This document shows, one piece after another, positions 62,101-64,000 of a DNA stretch of 64,000 nt. The notes under the pieces were generated by a model. That model did no database searches and was not told the DNA's origin. It worked only from the letters and a program-made list of their open reading frames with translations. This DNA is from Octopus vulgaris (Eukaryota): positions 56,482,001 through 56,546,000 of the forward strand of contig OX597831.1 of assembly GCA_951406725.2 (NCBI GenBank), given 5' to 3'. The translations under genes and the position numbers were made by a program. Within the stretch, counting starts at the first letter, position 1. The number at the start of each line of letters is the position of its first letter.

Positions 62101-64000
62101 CTATAAATGGAAAGTAAAAAATATTTTTTTTAAATGTTAATTCAAAACATTACATGAGAAGTAACAATTGAGTGTCAAATTAAGTACCAAAATAGGATAC
62201 AGCCAAGGATAAAGTAATTTCTTCATTCAATAATATTCATAAGTAATTTGAGAAAATGTACAAACATTTCAGCTTTAATTTCTTACATTATATTCATTTT
62301 CCTCATTAGCAAGAAAAATAAAATCAAATAAAATAAAAATGAAGTTGTAAGTGGTTGTGATGAAACCCATGTTAAAACATTATTTTCTATGATGACTTAA
62401 AAGATCATTAAATATGGGAAAATTCTATTTAGAGTTACAATAACCTTTTATGAAAGGAAGATACAATGAAAAATAATACACCCTAAACAATGCATTAAGG
62501 TGTCAAAATATTGACAAAATAGGTTTATAATTACTTTATCTAGCCACACTTAGGAGATTAGTAGACTTCTGTTAGATAGTGATCTTACATGCAAACCATC
62601 ATAAGGTTTATGATAAACTTAAAACCCTAATATATAACTCAGAGATTTCAATATATTTTAATTCTTTGGGGATTTTTTTTAATCATGGCATATTGAAATG
62701 CCTTTAGTAATATGTCTAGATTGAAGTTTACATATTACTATACATAACTCTGAATTTCTTTTTTAATTTACACAAACATTTTGGTTAATTTCAAGTAACA
62801 TTTTAATGTCAAAAACTCTGTAATATGGAGATGTGTTTATACAAATTTATAACAACTATTACTTAAGAATTAACAGTAACTCAGTAGTTACACCATCATA
62901 CAATTTGATACTTTATTTTCTTTTTTAAAATCTCAGACATAGAGAAGTTATGACAAAACAAAAGCTTTTATAATGAAAACAGAGTGGTTTTGATAAATGA
63001 TTTCTAACAGACTAAATTTGTTTTTTAGAACAAATACTCTGAGAGTTGGTTTGCTATGAAGATTAAGATTAAGACATGAAACTTTAATTTTTCTTCATTT
63101 TTTTTTTCATGTTGCAACAAGGGAATTAGACTCCAGAGAAGAAGTGTACAAAATGTCTGAATAGTAATGTTCTCATGTGGTACGAAAATAGTTTGACTTT
63201 GTAGCCAATTGTATGGGAAATAGAAAATGGGAAGATGAATGACAACTTTTGATGGAGAAATACTTTGAAGAATAAACATGAAGGAAATATGATTTGGTAG
63301 TTTGAATTAATCAGCGATTCGTCTCAGCTTAAACAGAGTTGAAGAAGAAGAACCATGAGAGCCACAAATACTCAGTTCTCTAAGTAGATTTTGAAAATGC
63401 TAAGCAGAGCTGTCAAGAATTGAAGAAATAATTCCACACTGTCATTTGAAACAACTTTTGGAAATATACACCAATTCAACTATATTTCAATATCATATTA
63501 AAAAAAAAAGAGAGAAGAAAAAGAAAGAGTCTGTTTTTTAAAATGTCACTCACTTCAAAACTTAGTAACTAAAAAGATTTCTTTTCTTTGCAGCAAACTT
63601 ATAGAAATTCAAGGAAAATCAGTAACATCTAGCCTAACATTTCTTATCTATTCCATTCCTATAAAACCATATCAGTTCTTACATCCTTGGTCTCTGAAAC
63701 AATTTCATAGGGAAAAACGATGGTATGATACCAAAGTTTATTTACATAAATTAACCTAGACATCCTCACAAGTTCTTAGAGTATACTACAATCCAACATT
63801 CTTCCAGGTAATGCTTCAGTAAAGCACCATTTTCAAAAGGTATAATATTGTAGCCAATTAATCATAATTTTTTTATCGTTAAAAGGATCCACATTTAATG
63901 TCTCCATATATTATTGTATATACTCATATACAAGTCATAGTCCCTTTGTGTTTATAATATTTTAATTTCAGCCTTATTTGTTTTAGTTGTACATAAGACA

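Noticed and set aside
48709-64000. Expected upstream VPS13 exons (IHIRYED / TTDENW-like motifs)
   Set aside because: Not found by eye; they probably lie beyond the window end.

Overview
AT-rich, repeat-dense animal genomic DNA. The SINE, MITE and microsatellite content suggests a coleoid cephalopod, probably Octopus (recognised from memory, not by search). The whole window lies inside one large minus-strand gene, the VPS13A/C-type bulk lipid-transfer protein. I traced 28 GT-AG exons from 48708 down to 1315 that join in one open frame (3451 nt, about 1150 aa); the gene continues beyond both ends. The introns hold tRNA-derived SINEs, TTAA/piggyBac-type MITEs, four mariner relics, a Penelope-like element, CR1, RTE and HERO-like LINE fragments, a complete non-autonomous Helitron, long microsatellites and several long inverted repeats. 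The most notable signal is a set of minimal hammerhead-ribozyme-like motifs tied to Penelope-type sequence. One has an apparently compensatory U3:A8 core, and another lies on the VPS13 sense strand inside an intron. There are also candidate frame-preserving microexons in the TE-poor part of the long 5' intron. Nearly all long ORFs at 41.6-44.9 kb are microsatellite artefacts.
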